From contig JBAWFB010000040.1 of assembly GCA_049591495.1 (NCBI GenBank), forward strand, positions 3,752 through 67,751: a stretch of DNA of 64,000 bases, in the 5' to 3' direction. A model generated the notes under the pieces. It did no database searches. It was not told the DNA's origin and was given only the letters and a program-made list of their open reading frames with translations. Below, piece after piece: positions 1 to 9,345 of the stretch. The position numbers were made by a program, and so were the translations under genes. Position 1 is the first letter of the stretch; each line of letters opens with the position of its first letter. The DNA comes from Solirubrobacteraceae bacterium (GTDB lineage Bacteria; Actinomycetota; Thermoleophilia; Solirubrobacterales; Solirubrobacteraceae).

Positions 1-593
1 GCCGCATAGCGCTGAGCCTTGTTCGGACCGGCGAAATAATCTTCGTTGGCTTGGTCGGGCTCGTTCCAAACTTCTATGGCGGCGAGCTTCGAACCGTAGC
101 GGGCGGCCAGGAACGCGACAAAAGAGCCATAGGTGCTCGGTTCGCTGGGTGGCCACGCGTTTGCCTTACTGCTTCTACCCGATTCGCAGGTGCTCAGCAG
201 CGACGCGGGGGCGGAGGATGCCCAGCAGGGAGTTCTCATGACGAGCGCCACGACCTTGATCCCGGCGGCTGACGCCCTGTTGATGAGATAGTCGGTGAAT
301 GCGAGCGCTTGCGGTTCGATCTGGCCCTGACTTGGTTCGAGCGACGACCAGGGTATTTCGACGCGGATCACATGAGCATCGAGCGAATGGGCCCACGCGA
401 TTTCCTGATTGACGTCTTCAATCGGAGTGCCGTATCCCAGGCCGGTTATGTTGACCCCGCTGAGCGGCGGCGCGGAGCGCACAGTGGTGCTGGCGCTCGC
501 ATTGCCGGTAGCGCCGATGCTCGCATTGCCGATGGGCGCGAACCAGGCAAGCACGCAGATGGCCGTCACCGCGAAGAAGATGCCGCACTTCAT
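1..593 (-). CDS. Secreted TIM-barrel glycoside hydrolase (clan GH-A, cellulase/GH5-like); N-terminal part only, ORF runs off the left edge
   Basis: My own translation of the minus strand from ATG at 593 gives MKCGIFFAVTAICVLAWFAPIG (signal/anchor), then ...IRVEIPWSSLEP...GIKVVALV...AAIEVWNEPD. The xWNEP acid/base motif is typical of clan GH-A. The ORF is absent from the ORF track because no stop lies inside the window. Confidence 0.6.
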   Translation of the reverse strand, partial: MKCGIFFAVTAICVLAWFAPIGNASIGATGNASASTTVRSAPPLSGVNITGLGYGTPIEDVNQEIAWAHSLDAHVIRVEIPWSSLEPSQGQIEPQALAFTDYLINRASAAGIKVVALVMRTPCWASSAPASLLSTCESGRSSKANAWPPSEPSTYGSFVAFLAARYGSKLAAIEVWNEPDQANEDYFAGPNKAQRYA

Positions 594-775
594 CCCCGCA
601 CAATAGTTCTGCCTGGCGCTGGGCTTGGTGGTGGGTCTCGGTCTACTCAAGGTTTGCCACACGCTACAGCTACGCTGTCGCATATATGTCACCCACATGG
701 ATCTGGCTGCAGGGCGCAATCGTGGTGTTTGTGCTGATCGGGATGATCATCGCCATCACAAAGCTGGTTTGAGGC

Positions 776-1552
776 TCAGCGCCGGCGCAAGCGCATAGCC
801 CAGTGCCCCCTCTGGGGTTGGGCTGCGGCAGTCACAGTTGGGCGAGCTGGGATGTTCTCGCCGCTGAGGATCGCGGCGGGTACCGCATTGGTGAGCCAGT
901 CCGTGAGCTCGCCGAATCCTGCCTCGTCAAGCTCGCCGGCCATGCCGGGAGGACGTTTGGTCGGGTCGTGGGTGTCGGAGGCGACGTTGTGGACCAACCC
1001 CTGCTCCACCAGCTGGCGGGCAAAACGACGCACCTGGTTGCCGAAGCGGCCCACGAGCGAGCCGGCGGTGAGCGAGGTGAGGACTCCGTGGCGGACAAGC
1101 GACTCCACCATCTGCGGCTCGCGCTGCAGCGCCGGGCACCGCTCGGGGTGCGCCAGCACGACACGATGGCCGGCACGCTGAAGTGTCATCACGACACCCT
1201 CGAGCCCGGTTGCGACCGTTGTAAAAGGTGGCTCGAGCAGCACCCATGGTCCATCGCCAAGGCACAGGTGCTTGAGTTCGTCTGGCGCTATCTCGTCGGT
1301 GCGCGTCACCGCGATCTCGGCGCCTGCGCGGATCTCCACCGCGATCTTCTCCTGATTCAGGCGCCTGTTGAGCTCGCCGGTCAGCCTCGTGATGGTCGCG
1401 GCGTCGTTCGGGTAATGCCAGCTCACGTGCGGCGTCGCGACCATCGTATGCGTGCCGGTCGCCTCTGCGGCGCGCACGAGGGCCACCGAGTCCTCGATCG
1501 TCTCAGGGCCGTCGTCGATGCCGGGAAGTACGTGGGTGTGGAGGTCGATCAC
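776..1552 (-). CDS. PHP-domain protein-tyrosine phosphatase of capsule/EPS loci (CpsB/CapC/YwqE family)
   Basis: The N-terminus MIDLHTHVLPGIDDGP and later ATPH, AHPER and ASDTH metal-binding motifs fit the family. It lies next to a BY-kinase locus. Confidence 0.9.
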   Translation of the reverse strand: MIDLHTHVLPGIDDGPETIEDSVALVRAAEATGTHTMVATPHVSWHYPNDAATITRLTGELNRRLNQEKIAVEIRAGAEIAVTRTDEIAPDELKHLCLGDGPWVLLEPPFTTVATGLEGVVMTLQRAGHRVVLAHPERCPALQREPQMVESLVRHGVLTSLTAGSLVGRFGNQVRRFARQLVEQGLVHNVASDTHDPTKRPPGMAGELDEAGFGELTDWLTNAVPAAILSGENIPARPTVTAAAQPQRGHWAMRLRRR

Positions 1553-1661
1553 CGAGGCTCAAACGATATGCGAACCGTCTGCCGTGGTAGCCGGGCGCTG
1601 GGTGGGTATGATCGGCTGGCTTTAGTCAGCGCGCAGTTTGAACCGCATTCAAGGGAGGGTC

Positions 1662-2105
1662 ATGTTCAGATCGATCGTGGTTGGGACGGATGGCTCGGAC
1701 ACCGCTGGTCAGGCGGTGCGGCAGGCGGTTGACCTCGCCAAGTCCGTGGGGGCAACGCTGGAGCTCGTGAGCGCCTATGAGCCGGTCCCGGCCCAGCGGT
1801 TGCGCGACGAGCGCCGTGACATCCCGGAGGATCTGCAGTGGGCGGTCAATCCGCGCGAGGATGTCGACGCGACGCTCGAGGCCGCCGCCGAGATAGCCCG
1901 TGGCGCGGGAGTCGAGGTGAACGTGTATCCGCGCCAAGGCGATCCGGCGGACGCGATCCTCGACGTTGCCGAGGAGCGAGGCGCCGATCTGATCGTGGTT
2001 GGCAACAAGGGGATGACCGGCGCCAAGCGATTCCTGCTGGGGTCGGTCCCGAACAAGGTGTCTCACCATGCGCCTTGCTCGGTCCTGATCATTCGCACGA
2101 CCTGA
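1662..2105 (+). CDS. Universal stress protein (UspA family)
   Basis: Motifs MFRSIVVGTDGSD..., DLIVVGNKGMTG and GSVPNKVSHHAPCSVLII are present. GGGAGGG sits just upstream of the ATG at 1662, so I prefer 1662 over the ORF-track start at 1638. Confidence 0.9.
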   Translation: MFRSIVVGTDGSDTAGQAVRQAVDLAKSVGATLELVSAYEPVPAQRLRDERRDIPEDLQWAVNPREDVDATLEAAAEIARGAGVEVNVYPRQGDPADAILDVAEERGADLIVVGNKGMTGAKRFLLGSVPNKVSHHAPCSVLIIRTT

Positions 2106-2155
2106 GCGTCTCCTGAAAAGGAAGCCTGCGCGGAAAAGAGAGACGGCGTTTGGTC

Positions 2156-2193
2156 ACGTGGTGTGCGATCCGATCTCTGATCTCACACCACGT
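2156..2193. terminator. Hairpin between convergent genes (candidate bidirectional intrinsic terminator)
   Basis: ACGTGGTGTGCGATC (2156-2170) pairs with GATCTCACACCACGT (2179-2193) at 14 of 15 positions, with an 8-nt loop. It lies between the uspA-like stop and the beta-helix gene stop. There is no U-tract. Confidence 0.55.
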
Positions 2194-2231
2194 ACGGCTC
2201 GGTTGGGCGCGCTGGTTAGGGGAAGTGCTGG

Positions 2232-3890
2232 CTAGGAGTGTGTAGCCGCCGTGCGGCGCCGGCGCCGGTGGGTCCGCCGGTGCTTGCTCCGCTTGGCTCG
2301 AGCTGAATGTTTCGCCCGAGCTTCGCGTGCGGATACCTTGCGAGCGATGATGGCACGGTCGCCGTGCGGGCGCCGATGGTGGAACGCGGGAGATGAGGTT
2401 GGCGCTTCGCTCCCAGAGGTCGAGCCCGCTCCCGTTGAGTTGGTTTCCGATCCTTTTGAGCCTGAGGAGGATCCCGATCCGGTTGAGCTGGAAGTTGAAC
2501 CGGACCCGGTCGGGCTCGAGGACCCAGTCGGGCTCGAGGACCCAGTCGGGCTTGAGGACCCAGTCGGGCTTGAGGACCCAGTCGGGCTTGAGGAGCCAGT
2601 CGGGCTTGAGGAGCCGGTTGAGCCGGAGGGCCCTGTCGAGCTCGACGGGGATTCGGGTGCGGCCGGCGATTCAGGCGTGGTCGGGAATTCCGGAGTGGTC
2701 GAACTGGACGATGAGCCGGTCCCTTGCCCCTTGACCATATTCGCCGGGAGGACGCCAGCACATGCGGAGCTGGCGTTGACCTGATACGAGCTTTCCCCGA
2801 CGACGGTCAGTGCTTCGCTGGTGGTTGCGTTGTCGACCGACTTGAATCCGCTGGCATTAGCCGCGATTCCGCCTGCGGACACGCAGTTGTTCTGGACGAT
2901 GTTGCCGGTACCCACCGGGTTGCCTTCTGGGTACCAGGATTCGACGTCGCCCCGGATCAGCGAATCTGCGATGAGATTGTGTTCAACGACATTGTTGCTC
3001 GACGCATATCCTTCTGCGCCGGAGAAGATGATCCCCTCGCCATTTTCGACGATGACGTTGTCGGTTACGACCGTGCCGTTTGCATTGGGATACAGCTGTA
3101 TGCCGCGGTCGGCGTTGTGGTCGATCACGTTTCCGGTTATCTGCGTGTCGATTGCGTCCGTCACGTATATCCCGTGGTTACGATTTTTCGAAGGTAGTTC
3201 TCCGCAGTTGTGTATGTGATTGTCGAGAATGGCCGTGTATTCGGCTACGCCCCAAGATCCGTTTCCCAGGTCGAAGCACACTCCAGTCTGTTCGTTGGTG
3301 ACGTTGTTTCCTTCGAAGGTTGTGTGGCTTGCGTCGACCGTTGGGCTGGGTAGCACTTCGTTGTTTGGCTGATGGTTGCCGTCGAGGGTGAGATCTGCGA
3401 CCGTGACATAGTCGGACCCTTGTGGGACATAGATTCGTCCAGTGATCTCTACCTGTGCGCCGGGGTAGCTGCGTAGCACGATTGGCGATCCGGACGTGCC
3501 CCCGTGATGGAAGCTGAGGCCTCCACTGTAAGTGCCGGCTTGCAGGCATCCCACTTGACCGGGAGTGAGGGCATTGGCAAGTTCCTGTGGGGTGAGGAAT
3601 GGTGCGCTGGCCGAGCCGTTACCGGAGGCAGAGCCCTGTGGGGAGGCGAACTTCGTGCACGCGCTGGATGCGCTTTCGGCTTGCGCCGGCGTTGTCGCCA
3701 GGAAACCGGCCAGTCCGGCTACGGCCGCGGCGATTGTGAGCGTTGCGGGGAGGAGTGCGGCACGGCGCCGAAGTGCTCGAGAGTATGAGCGCGACTGAGG
3801 CTGGCGGGCGGAAAGTGAAAGTTCGGTTGCGTGCCTAAGCATTGAGTAGGTCTCTTCCGTTGAGGTAGCGATCTGCATCACGCAATGCAT
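2232..3890 (-). CDS. Secreted right-handed parallel beta-helix (pectate-lyase-fold) protein with Ser/Pro/Thr/Gly repeat linker and polybasic C-terminal tail
   Basis: The N-terminus is signal-like (LRRRAALLPATLTIAAAVAGLAGFLATTPAQA). Repeated beta-helix motifs are NHIHNCG, HGIYVTDA, GNVIDHNADRGIQLY, DNVIVENGEGIIFSG and NNVVEHNLI. These are followed by (SSSPTG)x6 and the tail KVSAREARAKHSARAKRSKHRRTHRRRRR. The start is uncertain (3890 or 3842). Confidence 0.75.
   Translation of the reverse strand: MHCVMQIATSTEETYSMLRHATELSLSARQPQSRSYSRALRRRAALLPATLTIAAAVAGLAGFLATTPAQAESASSACTKFASPQGSASGNGSASAPFLTPQELANALTPGQVGCLQAGTYSGGLSFHHGGTSGSPIVLRSYPGAQVEITGRIYVPQGSDYVTVADLTLDGNHQPNNEVLPSPTVDASHTTFEGNNVTNEQTGVCFDLGNGSWGVAEYTAILDNHIHNCGELPSKNRNHGIYVTDAIDTQITGNVIDHNADRGIQLYPNANGTVVTDNVIVENGEGIIFSGAEGYASSNNVVEHNLIADSLIRGDVESWYPEGNPVGTGNIVQNNCVSAGGIAANASGFKSVDNATTSEALTVVGESSYQVNASSACAGVLPANMVKGQGTGSSSSSTTPEFPTTPESPAAPESPSSSTGPSGSTGSSSPTGSSSPTGSSSPTGSSSPTGSSSPTGSSSPTGSGSTSSSTGSGSSSGSKGSETNSTGAGSTSGSEAPTSSPAFHHRRPHGDRAIIARKVSAREARAKHSARAKRSKHRRTHRRRRRTAATHS
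2503..2628 (-). repeat. Seven tandem copies of an 18-bp unit (gacccagtcgggct[c/t]gag), in frame, encoding SSSPTG repeats
   Basis: I counted the units directly: 2503-2520, 2521-2538, 2539-2556, 2557-2574, 2575-2592, 2593-2610 and a degenerate 2611-2628. Confidence 0.9.
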
Positions 3891-4112
3891 CGGCTTCCGC
3901 TATCTCTCGGTGATCAACCTCCGCCTTCCATACGACGAACGTCCAAGCGCCATGAGGCTGCGCCGGGTTCATTGCCGTGGTTTTGAGATCGGCTGCCGAG
4001 GCGGCCTACGGGATAGGCCGAAACCTGGTTACGGCTCATCCGCGGCGAGGGCTGGGCGTCGCTCCGCGCCAGACGCTAACGTTGCTCTGGATGAGCTCCC
4101 CCGACCCGCTGC

Positions 4113-5696
4113 GTGGGTATGCGCGCTGAAGACCAGATGACCTCCGGCGGTTCCGACTGGCTCACTCCACAGGGACCACGGGAGGGCTTCAGTCACTATG
4201 TCGAGGTCGTCCGTGGCAATCTGCGGTTGATCATCGCCTGCGTGCTGGTGGCCACGATCGCGGCAGCCGCCTATGCGAAGCTGGCCCCGCGCTCATGGAC
4301 GGCTGAATCGCACCTGCTGATCACGCCCGTGAATGGAGAAACCAGCCTGATTGGACTGGGCCTGCTGACCAACTCGGGCAGTCCCACCGGTGATATCTCA
4401 ACGGCCGCTAGTTTCGTGACGACGCCCGAAGTCGGAGCGCTCGTGGCTGCTCGTGTCAACGGCATAAGTGCGAGCGCCGCGCTTGGAGCGGTCAGCGCGG
4501 TGCCGGTGGCACAGAGCAACGTCATAGCGATCGTCGCGAAAGCCTCCAGTGCCGCGAGAGCACAGGCGCTCGCGAATGCCTTCGCGCTTGAAACCGTCCA
4601 AAGCCAGACGACCACGCTTCATCGCCAGCTGGAAAAAATCATCGCGGTGTTGAAGACGCAGGTCGAAACGCTTCCGGCGGCACAGCGTACGGGCCAGGGA
4701 TCGCTTGGGGAACGCCTGGCCTCCTTGCAGGCTCTACGCGCCGCGCCCGACCCGACCATCAGCGTCGAGGCGCTCGCCCCCCTTCCCACCGCGCCTTCCT
4801 CACCCAAGACCAAGCTGAGCATCGTGGCCGGGATCATCGTCGGTCTCGTGATCGGCCTCGGTGCGGCCTTTGCACGCGAGGGATTGGATCCTCGTGTGCG
4901 CCGCGAGGAGCGGCTGCGCGCGATCTTTCGTCTTCCGGTGCTGGCGCGCATCCCGCGAGAGGGCAGCCGTTTCTCACATGGCACCCCATTGCGGCCCAGG
5001 GATCTATCGCCGGCTGCGCAAGAGGCCTATCGCATGCTGCGCGTGGCTCTAGGTGTTCGTGGCTCCTCGTCCGTCTCTCGCTCGGTCATGGTCACGGGAT
5101 CGATGCACTCTGAGGGCAAGTCCACCACGGCCCTCAACCTTGCCGTCACGATTGCCGCCGCGGGGCGGCGGGTGATCCTGATCGAGGCTGACCTGCAACG
5201 TCCGTCGCTGTCCGCTGCGCTCGGGGTTCACGCACCGCAGGGGATGGCGGAGGTTCTGATGGGGGACGTGTCGCTCGACGATGCGCTTGTGACCCTGGAG
5301 GAGACTGGAGACAATCTGAGGGTGCTGCTGGTCGAGCGGTCCTATAGCTTCATGTCCGACGGCCTATTGACAGCTGCGGACAGACTGATCGAGCCCGCCA
5401 AGGAACTGGCCGATTATGTGATCTTCGATACGCCGCCCGTCACCGACGTGAGTGACATCCTGCCGCTCAGCCAGCATGTCGACGATGTGCTGATCGTCAG
5501 CCGTCTCGGTCATAGTCGGGTCGACCGGCTCGTCAATCTGGGCGAATTGCTCTCGCGCCAGGGGGTTCGCCCGACGGGACTCGTGATCGTCGATGACGAT
5601 CTCAATCAGGGAAGCGGGTATTACTACGCTCAAGCTCAGCCTGCGCGCCGGGGACCTCTGGGTCGTGGTGGTCGCGTGCGCGCCAGTCGCAGCTAG
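4113..5696 (+). CDS. Polysaccharide co-polymerase (Wzz-like) fused to BY-type tyrosine autokinase (Wzc/EpsB-like)
   Basis: The N-terminal Wzz-like segment has TM helices (LIIACVLVATIAAAAY; IVAGIIVGLVIGLGAAF). Kinase motifs are Walker A VTGSMHSEGKSTTALNLA, A' VILIEADLQRPS and Walker B YVIFDTPP, with a C-terminal Tyr cluster GSGYYYAQ. The exact start is uncertain (4113, 4119 or 4137). Confidence 0.9.
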   Translation: MGMRAEDQMTSGGSDWLTPQGPREGFSHYVEVVRGNLRLIIACVLVATIAAAAYAKLAPRSWTAESHLLITPVNGETSLIGLGLLTNSGSPTGDISTAASFVTTPEVGALVAARVNGISASAALGAVSAVPVAQSNVIAIVAKASSAARAQALANAFALETVQSQTTTLHRQLEKIIAVLKTQVETLPAAQRTGQGSLGERLASLQALRAAPDPTISVEALAPLPTAPSSPKTKLSIVAGIIVGLVIGLGAAFAREGLDPRVRREERLRAIFRLPVLARIPREGSRFSHGTPLRPRDLSPAAQEAYRMLRVALGVRGSSSVSRSVMVTGSMHSEGKSTTALNLAVTIAAAGRRVILIEADLQRPSLSAALGVHAPQGMAEVLMGDVSLDDALVTLEETGDNLRVLLVERSYSFMSDGLLTAADRLIEPAKELADYVIFDTPPVTDVSDILPLSQHVDDVLIVSRLGHSRVDRLVNLGELLSRQGVRPTGLVIVDDDLNQGSGYYYAQAQPARRGPLGRGGRVRASRS

Positions 5697-5702
5697 CTCG
5701 CG

Positions 5703-7100
5703 ATGATCGCGCGCGCTCGCGGTGTTGGACTGCTGGCGCCGAGCGCGCTGGCCATGGCGCTGATCGTGGGGCTGATTGCTGCGGTTGCACCACTTGTCGC
5801 CGTGGGAGCCGTCGTGGGGATGGCCTTTGCGATCCTGGTCTTCGCCGATCTTGCGGCCGGCTTTGCCGTCCTCGGCTTGCTCAGTTTCCTTGAGGTGCTT
5901 CCGACCTCCGGTGGACTGAGCTTGGCCAAGGCAGCCGGTCTGGTGCTAGCGGTCGCCTGGTTGGCTCGCTTCAGCACCAGGCAGCACGGGCGTGACTTCT
6001 TTACCGAGTACGCCTGGCTGACGTGGGCGATCATCGCCTTTCTGGCGTGGGCGGCACTCACGCTTCTATGGGCCACTGACACAGGCAATGGAATCTCGGC
6101 CATCTCCCGCTATGTGCCGAATATGTTGCTGTTGCCGATTGCCTACATGGCGATCCGTACACGCCGCGATCTCTTGCTTGTGTTGATTGTGATCGTGGCT
6201 GGGGCGGTCATTGCGGCGTCCTTCGGGATTCTCGAGCCACCCAGCTCGACGGTCGTTCAGGAAGGTGCCGAAAGGGTCACTGGCACGATCGGCGATCCAA
6301 ACGAACTCGCCGCGGCCCTGCTCCTCGGTCTGGGTTTGGGTGCCGGTCTTGCGCTGTCGCGCGGGCGAGCCTCGGTCTTGCGACTGTGGGGAGCGGTGGC
6401 AATACCGATCTGCATAGCGGGCATCTTCCTGAGTCTGTCGCGAGGTGGACTCATAGCACTTGGTGCCCTGCTGGTCGCGGGCACCTTTTTGGCGGGTCGC
6501 TGGCGGCGCTTGATGGTTGGCATCCTGGTGGTGATCGTTGCCGGCGGGGTTTTGTACTTCACACAGATCGCCTCACTCCCCGCACGCGAACGAGTCACCA
6601 CCTCGGCTGGGGGATCGGGGCGAAGTGACCTTTGGACAGTCGGCTGGCGGATGGTGCGAGCCCATCCGCTGGAGGGTGTTGGTGTTGGCAACTTCCAAGT
6701 TGTCTCAGCCAACTACGTTCTCCAGCCGGGGGTCATAACGCGAGCCGAACTGATCTTTTCCTCTGCTCCAAAGATCGCCCACAACACTTATCTTGAAGTG
6801 CTGTCAGAGATGGGGGTCCCCGGGCTTCTGTTGTTCATGCTGATTGTCGTGGGCTCTCTGGCGTGTGTGCTGCGGGCCGCGCGTGTGTGGTCTGCGCGTG
6901 GAGACGTCGGCATGGAGGCGCTTGCGCGTAGCGTTCTCCTGGCGCTCATCGGCATGCTGGTTGCCGACTTCTTCATCTCCCAGACATACAACAAGCTGTT
7001 GTGGACGATGCTCGCACTTGGACCGGCGATGCTCGCGCTCGCGCGTCGCGAAGACCGCGATGGCGACGTCGCGCTCTCCGGTCAGCCTATCTCGGCGTAA
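5703..7100 (+). CDS. O-antigen ligase/polymerase family membrane protein (Wzy-like)
   Basis: This is a polytopic membrane protein. Its central loop FLSLSRGGLIALGALLVAG resembles the Wzy_C/O-antigen ligase signature, and it sits within an EPS locus. Confidence 0.75.
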   Translation: MIARARGVGLLAPSALAMALIVGLIAAVAPLVAVGAVVGMAFAILVFADLAAGFAVLGLLSFLEVLPTSGGLSLAKAAGLVLAVAWLARFSTRQHGRDFFTEYAWLTWAIIAFLAWAALTLLWATDTGNGISAISRYVPNMLLLPIAYMAIRTRRDLLLVLIVIVAGAVIAASFGILEPPSSTVVQEGAERVTGTIGDPNELAAALLLGLGLGAGLALSRGRASVLRLWGAVAIPICIAGIFLSLSRGGLIALGALLVAGTFLAGRWRRLMVGILVVIVAGGVLYFTQIASLPARERVTTSAGGSGRSDLWTVGWRMVRAHPLEGVGVGNFQVVSANYVLQPGVITRAELIFSSAPKIAHNTYLEVLSEMGVPGLLLFMLIVVGSLACVLRAARVWSARGDVGMEALARSVLLALIGMLVADFFISQTYNKLLWTMLALGPAMLALARREDRDGDVALSGQPISA

Positions 7101-8179
7101 AGATCGGTCAGACGGCTCGCCCAGCCATGCAGGTCGAGGCTCTCAAGCAGAGGGGTGACGTCAACCGGATGGTCATCGTGGGCACTCAACGTGCGCCTGA
7201 TGGCCTCGGCAAACGCTTGGGGTTGGGACTCGGCCAGGGTGCAGCCGGCGATCTGTTCGGCGAGCGGGACGTGGCTGGGGATATCTGAGACCACCGCTGG
7301 CGTGCCAGTGCACAGTGCCTCGAGCACGGCGTAGGGCATGCCCTCGGCCTTGCTTGGAGAGACGAAGACGTCGGCAGCAGAGTACAGCCCGCGTACATCG
7401 TCGGTGGGCTCCAGGACCAGAACCTGATCGCCCAAGCCCAGACGAGCGCTCCTCGCGCGGGCGCGATCGCCACCGCCGACAGACACCCCAATCGCTGCGG
7501 GCTCGGAGTGCGACAACTCCTTCACCGTCGATAGAAAGAGATCGCCGCCCTTGCGCTCCCAGTCCCAGCCAAAATGCACGAGCAGCGGAATCCCGGCCGG
7601 GACCCCAAGCTGCGCCCGGGAGCGTTCGCGCTCCTCCGCGGTGGCGGCGGGCCGAAAGCGCTCAAGGTCAATCGCATTGGGAAATGTCACCAGGCGGCTG
7701 TCTGGCCCCAAGCGCCGTCGAGCCACCATTCTGGTGTCCTCGGAAACACACAGGATCGCGTCGGTCCTTCGGCCGGCGAGCGCGAGCTTCAATGTGTTGC
7801 GCAGCACCGCGCTGGGGTTGGATTGAAGGCGACTGTGTAGGTGCCAGATGACTGCCACCCGGTCATGCCGGCGGGCCGCCATGACCGCGGGAATGTCGAA
7901 AGCTGTGAAATGAGTGTGCAACAAGGTTGGCTCGTTCCGCTCGCCCAGAAGATCGTCCACCCAGGATGTGAGGGCTCGGCGCCCGGCTGCGGGCGCGATG
8001 CGCACAGTCATACCGTCGGCCTCCAGCTCCGCGTACCACGGGCGTTCCGCGGCGAACTCCATGAAGACTGCCTCAAACGACCAGCCTCGTTGTCGAACAG
8101 CGTCCTCAACGGCGCGAAGCATGGGTATGAATGACCCTGGATACGGGCCCCCGTAGTTGGCCAGATGCACGATCCTCAC
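7082..8179 (-). CDS. Glycosyltransferase family 4 (GT-B)
   Basis: It has the C-terminal GT4 motif SKAEGMPYAVLEALCTGTPAVVSD and the N-terminus MRIVHLANYGGPYPGSF. Confidence 0.85.
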   Translation of the reverse strand: MRIVHLANYGGPYPGSFIPMLRAVEDAVRQRGWSFEAVFMEFAAERPWYAELEADGMTVRIAPAAGRRALTSWVDDLLGERNEPTLLHTHFTAFDIPAVMAARRHDRVAVIWHLHSRLQSNPSAVLRNTLKLALAGRRTDAILCVSEDTRMVARRRLGPDSRLVTFPNAIDLERFRPAATAEERERSRAQLGVPAGIPLLVHFGWDWERKGGDLFLSTVKELSHSEPAAIGVSVGGGDRARARSARLGLGDQVLVLEPTDDVRGLYSAADVFVSPSKAEGMPYAVLEALCTGTPAVVSDIPSHVPLAEQIAGCTLAESQPQAFAEAIRRTLSAHDDHPVDVTPLLESLDLHGWASRLTDLYAEIG

Positions 8180-8219
8180 GATGGATATGTCTTACGGTCG
8201 GTGTGCAAGGCCCCAAGCG

Positions 8220-9176
8220 TCACGAGCGCATCGCGCCAATGCGTTGGCGTGTTTTCTCTCCTGCGACAGTAGTGGCGATGGCGGCAAGACCTCGCTGCGA
8301 CGCGAGCGTTTGTGGAGCTAGCCTTGTGGCTGCGGCTATCTGCCTTACGGCGGTTTTCCTCTGACCCTGTCCAATCGCGTCCAACGCCACCGACAGGTGT
8401 CGTTCGGCCTTCTTTCGCCGGCGCACGGATGCGGGCAGACGGAGGTCGGGCATGGTCGTCTTGAGTAGACCGTCGAGGTGATCGACGAGCAGGAGGTGAT
8501 CCGCGGCGCGATCATGCTGGCGCGATCTCTGCTGAGGGTGCCTTCTGTAGCCGGAGTCGTAGAGAGGGAGAAAGCCCACCGGTCCGAGTAGGCCCAGTCT
8601 CAGCCACAGCTCATAATCGTTGATATGGACGAACCTTGAATCGAACGCGTTACCCGCCCGCACGTAGGCGTCGCGGCGGAAAAGCACGCTCATGGTCGGA
8701 ACGATATTGGCGCGTATCGACGCTTGCATGAATTCGCGCGAGGAGTGAACGCCGCCGCTGAGTGGAAACGGCAGCCGTCTGACCTCAGCGCCGTTGGTGT
8801 CGATGTCGAAATGCCCACCCCACACGAGCACGCATTCTGTGTGCTGCTCGAGGAAGTCCACTCGGCGTGTGAGCCACTCGGGTAGCCAGCGGTCATCGTC
8901 GTCCAGGACTGTCACGTACTTGCCGTGGCCTTGAGCGAGCAGACTCGACTTGTGCTGGGCGTTGCCGAGGTGCTCTCCGGGCGTAACGTATCGGATGCGT
9001 TTGTCCTTCAGGTATGGCTCGACCGCGCGCATGACGGGCTCGGTTGGCCCTGCATCCTCTGAGACCGTCAACTGCCAGTCTTCATATGTTTGCGCGATCA
9101 CCGACTCGATCGAGTGCGATACATAGTCGGCGCGTTCAAAGACCGTGATGGCGATGTCGACCAGTGGGGCGCTCAT
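8220..9176 (-). CDS. Glycosyltransferase family 2 (GT-A)
   Basis: Motifs VDIAITVFERADYVSHSIESVIAQTYEDWQLTVSEDAG and the DxD-type VLDDDDRW are present. Confidence 0.85.
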   Translation of the reverse strand: MSAPLVDIAITVFERADYVSHSIESVIAQTYEDWQLTVSEDAGPTEPVMRAVEPYLKDKRIRYVTPGEHLGNAQHKSSLLAQGHGKYVTVLDDDDRWLPEWLTRRVDFLEQHTECVLVWGGHFDIDTNGAEVRRLPFPLSGGVHSSREFMQASIRANIVPTMSVLFRRDAYVRAGNAFDSRFVHINDYELWLRLGLLGPVGFLPLYDSGYRRHPQQRSRQHDRAADHLLLVDHLDGLLKTTMPDLRLPASVRRRKKAERHLSVALDAIGQGQRKTAVRQIAAATRLAPQTLASQRGLAAIATTVAGEKTRQRIGAMRS

Positions 9177-9345
9177 CGTCTAGGAGGCAGCTTCACGCCG
9201 AGATCGAGGGCATGCCTGTTCAGTGGGGTTGCCCCGTCCATAGGAGCAGGCATCGTATTGATCGGAGGCGACAGCCGTTACCCTCCCGGGCGATGATCTT
9301 GGACACCCGTCCCTCTGCAGGTCCTCCGGGCGCGCCTGCAAAATC

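Noticed and set aside
803-1732. Long ORFs antisense to well-supported genes. Examples are 803..1732(+), 13687..14361(-), 28588..29721(-), 31518..32666(-), 41505..42476(-), 59118..60677(-) and 63304..63966(-).
   Set aside because: Their translations are Arg/Pro/Gly/Ala-rich with no recognisable motifs. Each lies opposite a gene with clear family signatures. Long stop-free antisense frames are expected in high-G+C DNA.
2503-2628. CRISPR-like or other non-coding arrays, suggested by the tandem repeats at 2503-2628 and 13041-13135.
   Set aside because: The units are contiguous with no spacers, are multiples of 3 nt, and are in frame within coding sequences. They are coding low-complexity repeats.
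2216-2784. ORFs 2216..2761(-) and 2251..2784(+), with repetitive PQARLG / EDPVGL translations.
   Set aside because: These are alternative-frame and antisense readings of the same 18-bp tandem repeat, which is already explained by the beta-helix protein linker.
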